Shown here: one piece after another, positions 1-13,790 of the stretch | Layout of the letters: each line of letters opens with the position of its first letter | Numbering within the stretch: the first letter of the stretch is position 1 | Source: Stegostoma tigrinum | Taxonomy: Eukaryota | Length of the DNA stretch: 64,000 bases | Reading direction: 5' to 3' | NCBI RefSeq assembly: GCF_030684315.1 | Contig: NC_081366.1 | Location: 47,964,078 to 48,028,077 of the forward strand | The notes under the pieces: generated by a model | The model's database searches: none | Seen by the model: the letters and a program-made list of their open reading frames with translations, nothing else | Told to the model about the DNA's origin: nothing | Program-made: the position numbers and the translations under genes

Positions 1-1800
1 GTATCCTGTTGAATCACCTGTGCCCTGTAGAGCAATTACATCCTTTCTGTAACGTGGCAACTAGAACTGCACATAGTACTCCAGCTGTGATATAAGTAAT
101 GTCTTACACCATCGTAATCTCTCTGTTCTTGCACTCAATGCCTTCACTAATAAAGAAAAGGATCCATTTAGCTGTATTACCCACCTTACCCTCTTGGCCT
201 TTTTACTTCATGGATTGGTGGGCATGCACACCAAGGTCCCATTCATCCTCTTGATCTCCTAAATTCATCATGTACTCCCTTGCTTTGTCCTCCCCGAATG
301 CTACATATCCCCATGATTAAAATCCACTTGCCACCATTCTGTCCATCTGTGTCATCCTGTGGCGTAATGCATTCCTTTCAGCTATTTTACGTTATGCCTA
401 TTTTCATGTCATCTGCAAACTTACTGACCAAACCTCCTGTCTTCATGTCTTGATCATTAATGTGCACTGTAATTAGCAAAGAACCCAGCAGAACTGGACA
501 CAGGCTTCCAGTCACAAAAACAACCATTGACCATCACCTTTCTGCTTCCTGCCACCAAGTTAATTTGGTTCCAATTTGCCAGGTAGTGATGGTTCCCATG
601 ATCTTTTGCTGCCTTGACCAGTTTTGCATGTAACATTATGTTATCAGCCATACTGAAGTGTATGTAGATTACATCAACTGTACCAACCTCATACACACCT
701 TTTCAGACATGGCTTCCCCACAGTGAAACCAGGCTAACTATCCTTGATTAATTCTTGCCTCTCCAAGTGAAGATTAATTTGTACCTTTGAGTTCTTTCCA
801 AAGGTTTCCTGCCACTGATGTCACTCACTAGTCTATAGTTATCTGACTTATCCCTACCATTCTTGTTGTGCAATAATACCAAATTAGTTGACCTCCAGTC
901 CATTTGACATCTCTTCTATGACCAGGGAGGATTTGAAAATTATTGCTAGTACCCCTGTCATCATCTTATTTGTCTTCCACAGTAGTTAGCGATACACCTA
1001 ATTTGGGCCTGGGCATTTATCCAGTTTTAAGTTTTCTAGAATTGCTGCTATTTCCTCACTTTACATTGTGATTTGTTCAAGTATATCGCATTCCTTTTCC
1101 CTGATTTCTACACCTAAGCATCCTTGGTAAATGGTTTAGTTTAAAATGGCATCATGTCTGTCAGAGGCACAGAGCCAAAAGGCCTGTTTCTGTACTTTAC
1201 TACTTTATGTTCGTTATAGTTGATACAAGCTACTCATTTAAAACCTCACCTACATTGTTTAGTTCCACACACCGTTTAGCATATTGATCTCCAATGGACT
1301 CTCCTCGCTCTTAACGTATCCTCTTTCCCCTATTATACTTATAACATGCCTTTTAGATATTCTTTTATCCACTAGTTGTTTCACGCCTCCTTGCATTTGG
1401 AGCATCAGTATTTACCAAAAGCTTTCCAGTTCACTTTGGCAGTATCATATAATTGAAATTAACCTGCCTCCAATACATATTTATTCCCAGTCCATCTTTG
1501 TCCCTTTCTCCCTGACTACTTTCATTCTTTCTGCAGAATGGTCACGTTACTGAAGTGTTCCTCCAGTGATACTTACTTTCTTCCACTTGCCTGGCTTATT
1601 CCATAAAATTAGGTCAAGGACAAGTATGACTTCACAGATACTGGCTTGAAAAGCTTTCTTGGATATATTTGAGTCCCCTCCTCCCCCCACCACCAAACCT
1701 TTCGCTCTTTGTCTATCCCAGTTAATAGTGGGGAAGTTGAAATATTTTATTATTATCCTATCATTTACTCTTCTCTGGATTTCTGCCTAAATATTTGCCC
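1..1800 (-). mobile_element. Decayed CR1-type LINE ORF2 fragment (RT region toward endonuclease)
   Basis: Minus strand near 60-90 reads QLEYYVQF; ORF 457-696 has VDVIY...F and VNGCFCDWKPVSS, both CR1 RT motifs. Many stops and frameshifts. It appears to resume near 2641 after the PLE insertion. Confidence 0.8.
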
Positions 1801-2641
1801 TTGAGGTTGGTTGGCTCGCCACACTGGTTTGTTGTTCTGCAGATGTTTCGTTACCCTACTGGGTAACATGATCAGTGCAGCCTCCAGTGAAGCATCAGTG
1901 TGTTTTTCTGCCTGGTTTAAAAACTCTGGAGTCCATTGAGCTGGATTGCCTCACTTACGGTTTGCGTTCATAGTGGACTGTATATGGGGTCAAGTTCTAA
2001 GTGTTTATTGATGGCTTTCTTTGTGGAGTACCAGGCTTCTAGGAATTCCTGTGTCTGTCTCTGCTTAGCTTGTCCCAGGATTTTGGTGTTGTCCGATCGA
2101 ATTGGTGGTTCTCCCTATCCATGTGGATTGAGATCAGTGCGTGTTGGCCATGTCTTTTTGTAGCCAGTTGGTGTTCATGCCCCTTGTTGTTAGTTTCCTT
2201 CCTGTTTGTCCGATGTAGTGTTTCTCACCGTCTCAGCAGGGGATCTTATAGACAACATTGGTCCTGTCCATGGCGGGGAGTGGGTCTATAGTTCGGGTGA
2301 GCAGTTGTTGTTGAGTTGATGTGGGTTTGTGTTTCACTCTGATGCCCAGCAGTCATAGAAGTCTTGTGGTTAGCTCCAATATCTTCCTGATGTAGGGTAG
2401 TGTGATAAGTGTGTCAGGGCTTGTAGTATCTTCCTGATGTTGTTCATGTAGGCATCTTCTGATCCAGTGTTTTGGATATCCATAAAAACCAGGCAGGAAA
2501 ACACACTAACGCTTCATCGGAGGCTGCACTGGTGATGTTACCCAGCAGGGTAATGAAACATCTGCGAAACAACAAACCAGCTGGTGAGCCAACCAACTTC
2601 AACACCCACAATCCAAGCTACAAATCTACTCCAAAACCTTA
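1801..2641 (-). mobile_element. Penelope-like element (family A), truncated, with inverted terminal arms
   Basis: Minus strand ~1975-2070 reads AKQRQTQEFLEAWYSTKKAINKHLELDPIYSPL*, resembling a PLE GIY-YIG C-terminus. 1801-1918 is an inverted copy of ~2487-2602. Flanks atatttgcccttg / atgtttgcccttg look like a TSD. Confidence 0.75.
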
Positions 2642-3049
2642 GATGTTTGCCCTTGCATTTCTCCCTGACTGTTTGGTCCACATTATACTCCAACAGCGTG
2701 ATTCCATCTTTTAAGTGGTACCAATATCAGTTTCAATAAGGGGTAGGCCACGTTGACTGTATTGAGAAGCAGTTTCACGACTTGCCCAGAATACTGGGGA
2801 GGGTCAGTTGATGAGTATGTTCAAGACAGATTATCATTTCTAATGTTTCCCAAAGGATTTGGGAATAGTGCAGGAAAATAATTTTGAAATAGCTGAGCCA
2901 TGCTCTCAAATATTGGAGCAGTCTCAAAGAGCTGGATGGCGTACATCTACTCCTATTTCATGCTGTTGTAAAGATAATGTCTATTCAGTCCACAAACAAA
3001 AATATAGAAATGAGAAAAGAATTCTTTTTTTAAAAGACAAGAATTGCTA

Positions 3050-3826
3050 GAGATTTGCTGTATGTTTTGGAGACAAGTAATCTGTCACTGACTGTGAACA
3101 CAGTTTACACAGTTGCTGCTTCCAGTGGTAGTTGAAGTGTAATTTGCAGGACCTTGAAGGGTTGTATAAAACTGGGAACCCTGATTGGTACAAGTAGCTA
3201 CTTGGCTTGTGGGCTAATAATAAATTATTGATAGCAAAGGCTTTCTGCCTGTCTGTAGTGATATAATTGGTTCTCAGGTAGCTGAGTAGCTTGGCCCTGT
3301 GAACCAGTCTCTGAGAAGCCTTCCTTTGTCTCAAGTTTATTTTTCCTCCAAAAGTTGTTGGTAAGCTGAGACCTTTTCATAAATGAGACAACCACGGCTT
3401 GCTCTTGTAAACTAGCAATCTTGCAAGCAATCAAGACCGCAAAGCACCATTCTGGTCGCAAGAAGTATCTCAGCAGATCCTGTGAGCAGAGACAACTGAA
3501 CTGCTTTCTCAGTTTTCTCTCCTCGTAACATTCTTTTTATTCCTTGTGCATGTACGTGTGAGGGGGAGTTTATAAGGTGTTTAGAGTTTTAACTAACAGA
3601 ATTATATGTTGGCAGTTCAAATGCTTACGAGTAGATAGACTCTTTATTATTTGACATAACTAGTAATTTTTTAGTACAAAAACCTGGTCCATGCTGTCCG
3701 TCAATCTGAAATTTAGATGATGTCAGTTGGAGAATGTGAAACGTGTTTCACAATCTTTAAATTTTGTGATGACACTGGGAATAATGGGGCCTGATTTCCA
3801 GCAAGCTGCCCCAATGAAGCATAACC
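3050..3826 (+). mobile_element. Possible solo LTR-like repeat
   Basis: Non-coding, with composition and motifs resembling the other LTR-like blocks in the window (~60.2-60.75 kb, ~62.6-63.3 kb). Termini and TSD not resolved. Confidence 0.3.
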
Positions 3827-6800
3827 TTGTGTGACGTGGACACTTGGTGTTGTCCATACCATAAAAGGAAATAAAATATGGTTTTGGCTTTGCTTCCCAT
3901 AAGAATTAAAATCAAAAATTTTTGTGGTCTGGATGTCTGTCAGTTGGATAGGATTAAGGCCCAACCCTTGTTAAGAGTTCCAAAATGAAATTTGCAAAAA
4001 AGGTGATGAGTAGGACGTGTTGTTGAGGTGACGACGTAGGTAGGTGGTTGAAGTGAGGTGGAAAGTGGGGTGGGCATTGAGTTGGGATTGTAGGGGTCTT
4101 TGTGTGGTCAGTGTGAATAGTTGGAGGCAAAGTTCCTAGTGATTGGCTTAGACATATGGATCAAAGCATTGACTTCAGGTTCTGGATGTCACTGCCCCGC
4201 ATGGAACTCCGAGGCCTGCACAGTTAAAAATCAAATTAGAGGAAATTTTGATTGGGACTCAGTTTTGTAGCTAACCAATAATTAAAATGAGTTATAATTC
4301 TATGAATATTTTCTAGGTAACTAAATGGAAGTTAGAACCCTCCAGTCTCCAAATTAACTCAGAGCCATGAACTCTTTGTAAGGTTCCAGAGTCCTTCAGA
4401 TCTTTAAATTTTGCAGTATGGTCATTGCATTGGGACTTCCAAGAGGTTCTGGTCTTTCGGTGTCTGATCTGATCTCCAGCCATCTGAACATTTGAAGATT
4501 TGGGTACATCTTTTAAATACCTGTGAGGCATGGTTGAAATTCATTGGGCTTCAGAGCATAGATGGTCATTTTGGGAAGAACATTTCGTGGAATAATTGTA
4601 TAAAAGATTACTTTTAATTTCTGTTGGTGATCCTCCAATGGGTAATTGTATTTATATTACTAGGTTGGCACGCCTCCTATGGATTGACTTCTAATTCTAA
4701 CTGGTATAAAGTACTTGAAGGAATCTGTGTTGGATTAAATGTCTCCTGTCTTGGGTAAAATGTTCCTGGATGCGTGATCATTTCTGTCTATTCTCGTGGA
4801 AGCAATCAAACACTTCGTACTGGTGTAGAATAGAGGGTTCAATGATTGTAAATTTCAAAAATGCCTAAATGCTATATACATGCAGCAAATACGATGGAAA
4901 GATTAAAAACAGGCAGAGGATGAGATCACCTTTTTAATGGATCTTTAAAGCAGGAAACAACATTGAGACAACAATGATAGGCCACCGTGTTCCGGGAATA
5001 TTTGATGAACAAACTTAAAGTGCCATCAGTAAACAACCCAAAACAGAGTCGCCAGGACCTCAAAACCATTCAATAATGGAATGAAGATAATGAGAATTCT
5101 GAAAATATTGTACTGCTCACAATTTAATGCTGCGATGAATGAATGTGGTGTTTGTGGACTTTTTTTATGCAGTGCTGCCCTTGCACTTTGACAATACATG
5201 GAATACATTGTTTTTATTCTTTCATGGAATGTCGGCACCACTGGCTGGGCCAGCATTTATTGCCCCTCCCTAAATCATCCTCGGGGAGGAGGTCATCTTG
5301 AAACACTGCAATTCATTTGGTGTAGGTACACTGACAATGATTGGTTAAATTTGTTACATTAATGTATTAAGTGATAAGATTGAGATGAGATTAGAAAATA
5401 TATAAAAATTCTTCTAGCCTTGGCGATGACAGCATATTGAAGTCAAAGTGTTGTATTTTCATGTGAATTAGCTGAAGTAATTACTGGTGCAGTTTCTCGC
5501 TAATGATATGCTTTGCCTTTGAATAAATCTTTATTTGAAAAAGACTCAAATTAAACTTGCGACATCATAAGGCAACTGTTTCAGAAAGGCAGTAGTTCTG
5601 TGGTTTACCCACATCAGGTTTCTCCTTAACAAAATCTCTGTTTATTTTCGGTGAAAGAAAAGTATTAATGACAATAGGTAATAAGAACAAGATGGGAAAA
5701 AGAGCAATCCTATTAAAGTTGTATGGAATTTCCTTGCTCTACTTGTTAAACAGCAAGTTAGTGAAAAGTTTAACAAGCTGTCGAGCTGCTGGGAGAATGG
5801 TGGGTGAAAAGAAGGAAGTGGCTCAATTCTCTATAATCTTTCTACAATGATAAATCTCAAGGACAAAAGGATTATTAGGGAGAAAGTCGTGGAAAAACGG
5901 AAAGCAGATCTATACTACCCAATGATGATTTATGAAGCAGAATTTGCAATGATTTCTGAACCATGTGAAATATCTATGTCATGAATATTACTACCACAGC
6001 TGACAGGCCTTTCAGGAATGGACCTGCTGAGATTGATAAAACTGTGTAAAATTATCTAAGCTGTCATCTGCATGTTGACCCCTTCCTTAACGTAGCTAAT
6101 TCAGGCAAATAATTCACTGTGTTTGGACGATATAGGTCTCATCAATCAGTCTATGCAAAACCCAAATTGCCTCCTGGACTGTTGGTGGCCTTGCAGTTTT
6201 AGAAGGTATCATTTTCTGATTGGTTTCATCCTTTCTGCTCATTTGAATGCTCAATGTGTAGAGAGATGGGTTCTCATCAAAGTTGAAGTTTACAAAAATT
6301 CTGGGAACTTTGAGATATTGTATAAGCTTGACTGAGACAGAATATAAGTAGTGAGATTTAGTGTATTACAAAATAGGTGTTCGTACGAAGTGGAACAGCC
6401 TGGGTGATACATTGGGTCATTATGGTAAGACTGAACTTGTCAAATATTGCAATCAAACTGTTCATCTCTGTTCACCATAATTGATTGCAGTTAATTCAGT
6501 GCAGTTAATAAGCAAGGAACCTGTACCTCTTCATTAGCTAACAAGTGTAAGATGAATGATTTATGATGCACAGGGCCAAGCTATCACATCCACAGGCCCG
6601 TTATCTGAACTAGTTAGTGGTGATGTCAACAATTGTGGAACCTGCAGGAAAATGTTACCGACTAGGTTAAGCCTTGAATGCTTAGGCTGATGGCTCGACA
6701 TTGAGGTCTGTAAACAACCAGAATAATTTGAGTGGTGAGTAGGATGATGCAATGTTTCTGTAGAAAGTGGGTGTGGAAGTGCTTCTTGCATCAGAAAGCC

Positions 6801-7538
6801 ATCACATGCCAGAGAAGGAACCTCCAGTAATGTAAGCGAAAGTTTTGCTGTCTAGACCCTACACACAGAAGTAGACTAGTTCTGAAAAGATTCTTGGAAA
6901 TGATGATTCCAAGGTTAAAGTGAATCTAATTGCTAAACGTTTTGAAGAATGACTGGGTTGAGTAGATGTGAAGAATAACCTTTTATCTCCCTGGCCCTCA
7001 TTTCATGGCTGCATGGATCAGTTGAAATAAATGCTGCTTTTATCCCAAGTAATAATTTTCAGAGAACTATTTCTGCGACCACTCGGAGGCAGATGGAAGG
7101 TTATCACAATTATCCAAGAATTAAACAATGATTCTAGTGCATGTTTTTATTGATTGGTGCAGTCTGTTTTGCTGCAAACAGGGTGATGTTGAACTAAATT
7201 TTTTTAATTTTCTTGGGATTTTGTCAGATGTTTTTAGCGAGCGTTTAGACCTCTTCATGATGGATGATTTTGGGAAGTACTGCTGAATTTGAGAAATTCA
7301 ATTATAAAGATTAGTTTAATTTAAAATTAGGAGTCATGTTCACGATTTGTTTAAATATATTGTTTTAGAATTTGAACAGAGGAGATTTGGGATAACTTTA
7401 AATCAATTTACTGTTACTCCCATCCTGATTGATCATACTATGGCGTCAAAGATGATATAACTCAAAGAAACAGAAAAATTATAAAGCTCAGTTGTTTCTT
7501 TGAACTGGTTGGGCTGTCAGATTCGAACATTCTTCCCA

Positions 7539-8438
7539 AACTATACTTGACCGTACAGGATATGACTTCAAAAGTTTGATGTAGCAAATGGTGAGGGACA
7601 TAAGCAGGTGCCAGGAAGACAGATGCGGCAGATGAAATGTGTGAAGTGATAAATTTTGATGGGAAGAATGAGACACAATTTAAAATTAATAGTGAAATTT
7701 AAAAAGAGGATAGAAGATACAGACACCTAGGGATCTATGTACACAAGCCTTTAAAAGGTGGTAGGCCAGATTAACGATTCTGTTAAAAACAGGATCCTTG
7801 CATTTATAAATAGAGTACAAAAGCAACCAATATCCTTTTTTTGGGAGCCCAAGTGGGGTTGCAGGCTGAAATTTTGAAGTTGCAGGCTTCAAGGTAGCCA
7901 TGGCCACCCTTCCTCCCTTTACTCTGAGGTCTTGTCCTTTTCCCCCTCCCATCATTGTCTGATGGGTTGAAACCTTGAAGTAGGAGTCATGGTAGGGAAT
8001 GATTTGGAAAGCAAAGGAGTAGACCAAATGCTTCATACTCCCTAAAACTTCCTAGCGTATATTTTCTAGAAAGTGGCAAAATCTGGTACCAACTTAAACC
8101 AGGGCCAAACCAAAGGATATTGGTTGCTTTTGTACTCTGTCTCTAATTACAAATGCAAGGATCCTATTTTTAACAGAATCTTTAATTTGGCCTGCCATCT
8201 TTTAAAGCCGAGTGTACATAGATCCCCAGGCGTCTGTATTCTCCATCCTGTCTTTAAATTTCACTATTAGGTTTAAATCGTGTCTCATTCTTCCCATCGA
8301 AATTAATCGCTTCATACATTTCATCTGCTGCATCTATCTTCCTGACACCTGTCTATGTCCCTCACCATTTGTTACATTTTGAGCTTTATTTCTTCAATTT
8401 TTTTTTTGAAGCCATGTCTTGTATGCTCAAGTATAGTT
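7539..8438. repeat. Diverged ~300-bp inverted repeat built on a CR1 RT fragment
   Basis: 7539-7838 is the reverse complement of ~8112-8438. ORFs 7686-8036(-) and 8073-8270(+) share KGYWLLLYS..YKCKDP.FNRI.NLA.HLLK..VHRS.GVCI. Spacer ~270 bp. Confidence 0.85.
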
Positions 8439-10183
8439 CATCACTATGCATCAGAAATAGCAGTGGATTTGCACAAACTACCCAGGAGACACCACAGCAC
8501 ACCTTCTTTGTCTGAAAAACAATTGTTTTCTTTCTATTCTTTAGCTAATTTTGTTCCCATGCAGCCACTGTTCCTTTAATCTCCAGGGGATCAATTTTGG
8601 CACATCTGTTATGTGGTACTTTATTGTAGTATTTCTCAAATTATCCATCAGCGCACTTGAGTGAAGACTCACGATTGGTCAAAATATTGGTCACTGGCAA
8701 GGCAGTGCTTGCTCAGGCCATACAGGGAAGTGACCTGAGAACCCTCATTCACAGCATGCCTCTGCATGAGTAGAGGGACAGGCTCCCCTGTGCATGGCAT
8801 GACTTGTCATAATTGCCAGCAGCAGCATATAAATAATCATTGTTACTGTTCTACTTATTACATTGGTATGGATGCATAATAGGTGTTACTTCCTCAGACT
8901 TTTTTCTGATTTTAGTACATTTTTGGAAAGCTTCAAATAGGTGTGTTCTCTTGTAATATTCATGTTACAGTATGAAAATATCTATACCTTTTTTCTGGCA
9001 TTAAATAACTTACAGTTTAGAAAGAGTGCCACAAACTACTTATATTCTTATTAATTCTGATGAGCTTTTATTCAGTAGTGAGCAAAGGCAGATCAGGTAG
9101 GGTTTGCAGGAGCTTCATTGGCAATATGGTTTGAGAGCTGCTGCTTTAGTAATTTATTATTTAAAGGTGTTGTGCGCAACCTAAATCTCTGAAGCTTTTC
9201 AACATTTTGAACATTTGATGTGCATGCAGGCCCAGCTCTTTATCCTCTTTTTTACAAGTATTTTGTAAAAATCTGGTATTTTTCCTAGTGAGCCTGTATT
9301 ACAGGTTCTATTGCATGAATACTACTTCCACAGTGGGAAGCATAAAACTGCGCATAGTGCTTAAACTTTTGGCACTGTGGGCATCTATACAAATGGAATA
9401 AATAAAAACAAGCATGTAATAAATATGGAAATTGCTGGAGAAACCTGGCAGGCTTGGTAGTCGATGGAAAGATGGAGAAATGGTGAACATTTTGAGTCCA
9501 AAATGACATCTTTGGAAGTACTTTTATATTAATTGCGGTAAATTAATTTTCCATCTTTAAATACATTTTTGACTTGCCCTTTTTATGGCTGATTTCTCCC
9601 TTTAGTCCAATTTTTAAGGATCCAAATACATGCATTTTCAAAATATCTTAAACCGTTAATTCGTTATGAATTTGTCATTCAGCTTTCTAGGGTATAAAAT
9701 TCAATCTCAAAATTATATCTATTTAATTTAGTATGTCCATATTGTTTTCTTATCATTTTAGAGTTTCCTACATAGGATTGTGTTCAAAATTGTGCTGTTT
9801 AGTTTGATGGCCAGACTTTAAGAAGAAAATACAGTATTTCCAAAATTGCTGAAAGAGCTTAAATGCTTATTTTGTAGCTTTTTAAATCAGTAAAAACAAT
9901 GAGGTTTTTTTAATATGCAAGATTGCATAATTAAGAAATCACAATGAGGACTGGCATAATCAAGATTCCCCAAATATAGATCTTCAATCTGTGCAGCAGC
10001 ATGAAAGGAAAATGATGGCAGTAGGAAGCATGTATGATTTTATCTCAACAGGATGACCCTATAAGCTGCACAGTGAGGCAATGTTTGTGACCTTTGTCCT
10101 TTAGAAAATCTGGAAGATCCACATTTGTAGAAATGGGAGTGTGCAGGTGTATTTTTAAGAGATCAGTAACCTGACAATTTTGA

Positions 10184-10387
<204 letters not shown>

Positions 10388-10586
10388 TGATTCAGGGCAG
10401 GATTGGTATATCTATGGTGGATAATTTAGTTAATTTGACTATCTATAGGTGCAAATGGGGTTTTTATGGGTTTTCAGTTTAACTGAATAAACATGGTTAT
10501 TAAAGTATATGAAAGTAAAAGTATGAATTGTCAGTTCCAACTATGCCTGTATATGATGTACTATTGCATATTTTTCCTATTTCCAG

Positions 10587-10757
10587 GTAAGATGACCAAT
10601 GCTGAATTAGTGAAGCATGGTCTGGCAGACGTGGTTGAGAATCCTGGTATCATTACAGACATTGGGATGAAAGCAGTAAATGAAGTATTTCCTTGCATCA
10701 AATACCTAGCTATTTATAACTGTCCCCATTTGCACAATGCACATAACTGGATAACAG
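10587..10757 (+). CDS. FBXO38: FBXO38 coding exon
   Basis: ttccag|GT AAG ATG...: (C)[56 protein letters not shown]. Donor G|gtacat; 171 nt, phase 1-1. Confidence 0.95.
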
Positions 10758-11399
10758 GTACATCAGATATTTTTAAAAGTCCACCTAAGTAGAAATATTT
10801 GCATTGAAATATTTGTTTTTTAATGTCATGTTTGGACTACAACAGTTTGAAATTAAGGAAGACCATGCAAGAATTTGCAAGAGGTGATCAGTGGTATGGA
10901 GTAGAGTTAATCAGTTCAGTCATTTTAATGCATGTTGATTGCCAAACTTAAGATGACAGTTCCTTAATAATATGGGTGCTTAAGCCATTTGCAAAATTGA
11001 TTTTCAGACTGAGTGTTGATAAATTCCATAATAAAAGGCTTTCATTCCTGTTATACCACATTAAGTGTCTTAAATGTTAAAATAAAAAAATGTAGGCACT
11101 GCATTATGTTGAAGTGTGATGACGAGCATTGGCAAACCTTTCATGACCATAACCAAAGAAACATGACTTTCTTCCTTAGCATTTTGGGGGGAAAAAAAGC
11201 ATTTCATAGTTATTGCATAATCTCTGTACACAGATCAAAATTCAACTGTTGTAACAATGTTGAAAGTAATGCATGAATATGAGCTGAAGTTTATTATAGA
11301 TGCACATGATGGCAACTAAGTTTATTTGTGGAAATTGGGTTTAAACTGGATGCTCAGTCTTGAGGTCCTTTTTAAGTATTTGTAGGGGATTCTAAACAT

Positions 11400-12420
11400 A
11401 ACCAATATCAGCATTTCTTTCTCTGTCATCCCCTGACCAATAATTTTTACTTACTTGTCACTTCTGGATTAGATGGGACCGGTCTTCTTTTTTGGGCTGC
11501 TTGGCTGGCCACTTCTTTGTTGCCCATTGCTCCTTCTCCAGCCTCATTTTACAGTGGTCCAATGCCTACTCCTGCCTCTCTCGTACCTTTGATATATCTG
11601 CTAAAAACTGTTGCAATCTTCGTTTTATTTTACAAGCTAGCTTATCCTGATATTTCATCTCCCCCCCCCCCTTATTGCTTTTTCAGCTTTACTGGTTTTT
11701 AAAGGCTTCCCAATCCTTTGACTTTCCTCTGATCTTCACCACATTACGCATTACCAAATCCAGAACTGCTTGTTTCCTCATGAGTTCTACTCCAAGCTGC
11801 TCCAGAAAGCCATCTCATTGACATTCCACAAATCTCTCTCCTTGAGATTTGTAACCTGATTTTCCCAGTCCACCTGTATACTGAAGTACCCCATGATTAT
11901 TGTAATAGTACATTTCTTACATGACTTTTGATCTCCTGATTTATTCTCCACATCCTGACTACTGCCGGGAGGCCTGTACACCACTCCCCATCAGGGTCTT
12001 TTTCCTTTGCAATTCTTCAACTCTACCCTCACAAATTCGACGCCTTCTGACTCTCTCACTTGTTATCAATTTAGTTTTAATTACTTAATAATAAGGCAGC
12101 CCTGCACCCCCCCTCCCCCCAACTGACCCATCTGCCTGTCCTTTTGATAGGGTGCATTTCCTTCTATTATTTAGTTCCCAGCCCTCAGCCCCTTGCAACT
12201 ACATCTGTGCGATATCCGCAACATTGTACCTGCCAATTTAAATCTTCACAATCTCATTTACCTTGTTTCATATACTACATGCATTAAAGTACAGCAACCT
12301 CAGTTCTGTGTAGACTGCCCCCCTCTCATAGTTGTCCCCTTATCTGCTATGCCCGAAGTTAGATTCCTGACCCTTTCCGTACACTCTACCTCCTATGTTT
12401 ATATGTAGATCATTAACGTA
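11400..12420 (-). mobile_element. Decayed CR1 LINE, endonuclease region
   Basis: ORF 11787-11984(-) VYRPP...IIMGYFSIQVDW matches the CR1 APE motifs VYRPP and GDFN. Confidence 0.75.
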
Positions 12421-12424
12421 CACC

Positions 12425-13790
12425 AAAAAAAAACTCAAGGGGCCCAGCACTGAACATAGGTATGACACATGGTTCCAGTCACACAATGACCTTCGACCAT
12501 CACTTTCTTCTTATTGCCAGTAAACCAGTTGTTTTTTTACATTCATTCATGGGATGAGAGCGGTGCTGGCTAGGCAACATTTATTGGCCATCCCTAATTG
12601 TCCAGAATTAGTCTCCACTTGTACAGGCAAAGATTTATCAACTATAATCACCATAGCTTTGTGATGAGGGTCAACCACAAGGCTGTGGGTCTGGACTCAC
12701 TTGGAGACCAGACTAGGTAAGGATGGCAGTTTCTTTCCCTAAAGGACAGTAGTGAACCAGATGGGTTTTTCCTGACAATTGACAATGGATTTGTGGTTAT
12801 CGTTGGACTATTTAATTGCAGTGAGTTTTCTTTTTAATTGAATTCAAATTCTGCCATCAGCTGTGGCAGGATTCACACCCCCACATCTCCAAAACATTAC
12901 CTACATGTCTGGATTAACAGTCCAACAACAGTCTTGCTAGATTGACACCTCCCTGTTCTGGATCCAATTTGTCAAATTGTCATGGATTCCATGGGCTTTT
13001 AGCTTTCCAACCAATTTACCATGCAATTCCTTGTCAAAAACCTAACTGAGATCCGTGTGGACTGCATTAACTGCCCTACCCTCATTTGCACAACTAGTTA
13101 TTTCAGATCTGTTAGGCATCTTCCCCTGACAAAGCTATGGTGATTATAGTTGATAAATCTTTGCCTGTACAAGTGGTGACTAATTCTGTCCCTCAGAAGT
13201 TTCCCCAATAATTTCCATGTCACTGATATTAGACTCCCTGGTCTGTAGTTGTCTCATGTATCCTTATCGCACTTCTTACTTAACGGTCTGTCATTAGCTG
13301 TCCTCCTGTGACCAGAAATGATTTGAAAAATTAATATCAAAGCCCCTGCATTCTTCTCCCTTTCTTCCTACAGCAGCCTGGGATTCATTTCATCTGGGCC
13401 TGGGGATTTGTCACTTTCAGGCCTTCTAAAACCATAATACCCTCTTGTTCTTGCATGCTGTCTCTTTTTCTCACTGTCTCACTATCTGACTCTTGCTTTG
13501 CTAATTCATTGAAGTATATCTCAGTCCCTCTGATTTGTATGCCTACATTATCCTTCTCTATTGTGAATATTCATTTAGAACCTCAGCAATGTTATTCGGC
13601 TCTACACGCATTGCCATTTGATCCATAATAACCCCTGTCTTTCCCTGGTTGTCCCTTAGCCCTAATACACTTTGAAAATCTAAAAAGTCTTTTCTTTAGC
13701 TGCCCACTAATTTTTTGATTTCTGTCGATTTTTCGCTATCCTCATTTCTCTTTCAGGAACTTGATGCCGTTTTTATAATTCTAAAGAGCA
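12425..13790 (-). mobile_element. Decayed CR1 LINE RT fragment, interrupted by a SINE at ~12540-12950
   Basis: Similar to the 1-1800 element (ggcttccagtcaca, tccaatttg, ctgggcctggg blocks). Confidence 0.7.
12540..12950 (-). mobile_element. SINE sharing its 3' tail with the L2-like LINE relics
   Basis: Tail motif attcattcatgggatg...ctggctaggc..catttatt..ccatccctaattg recurs at ~5220, 16010, 21060, 32310, 36060 and 55510. B-box-like sequence on the minus strand near 12870. Confidence 0.6.

Noticed and set aside
4300-4860. Possible ancient L1-type RT relic (FKYL, ISWNN, YLYY words)
   Set aside because: Motif spacing is inconsistent and the matches are too short to support a call.
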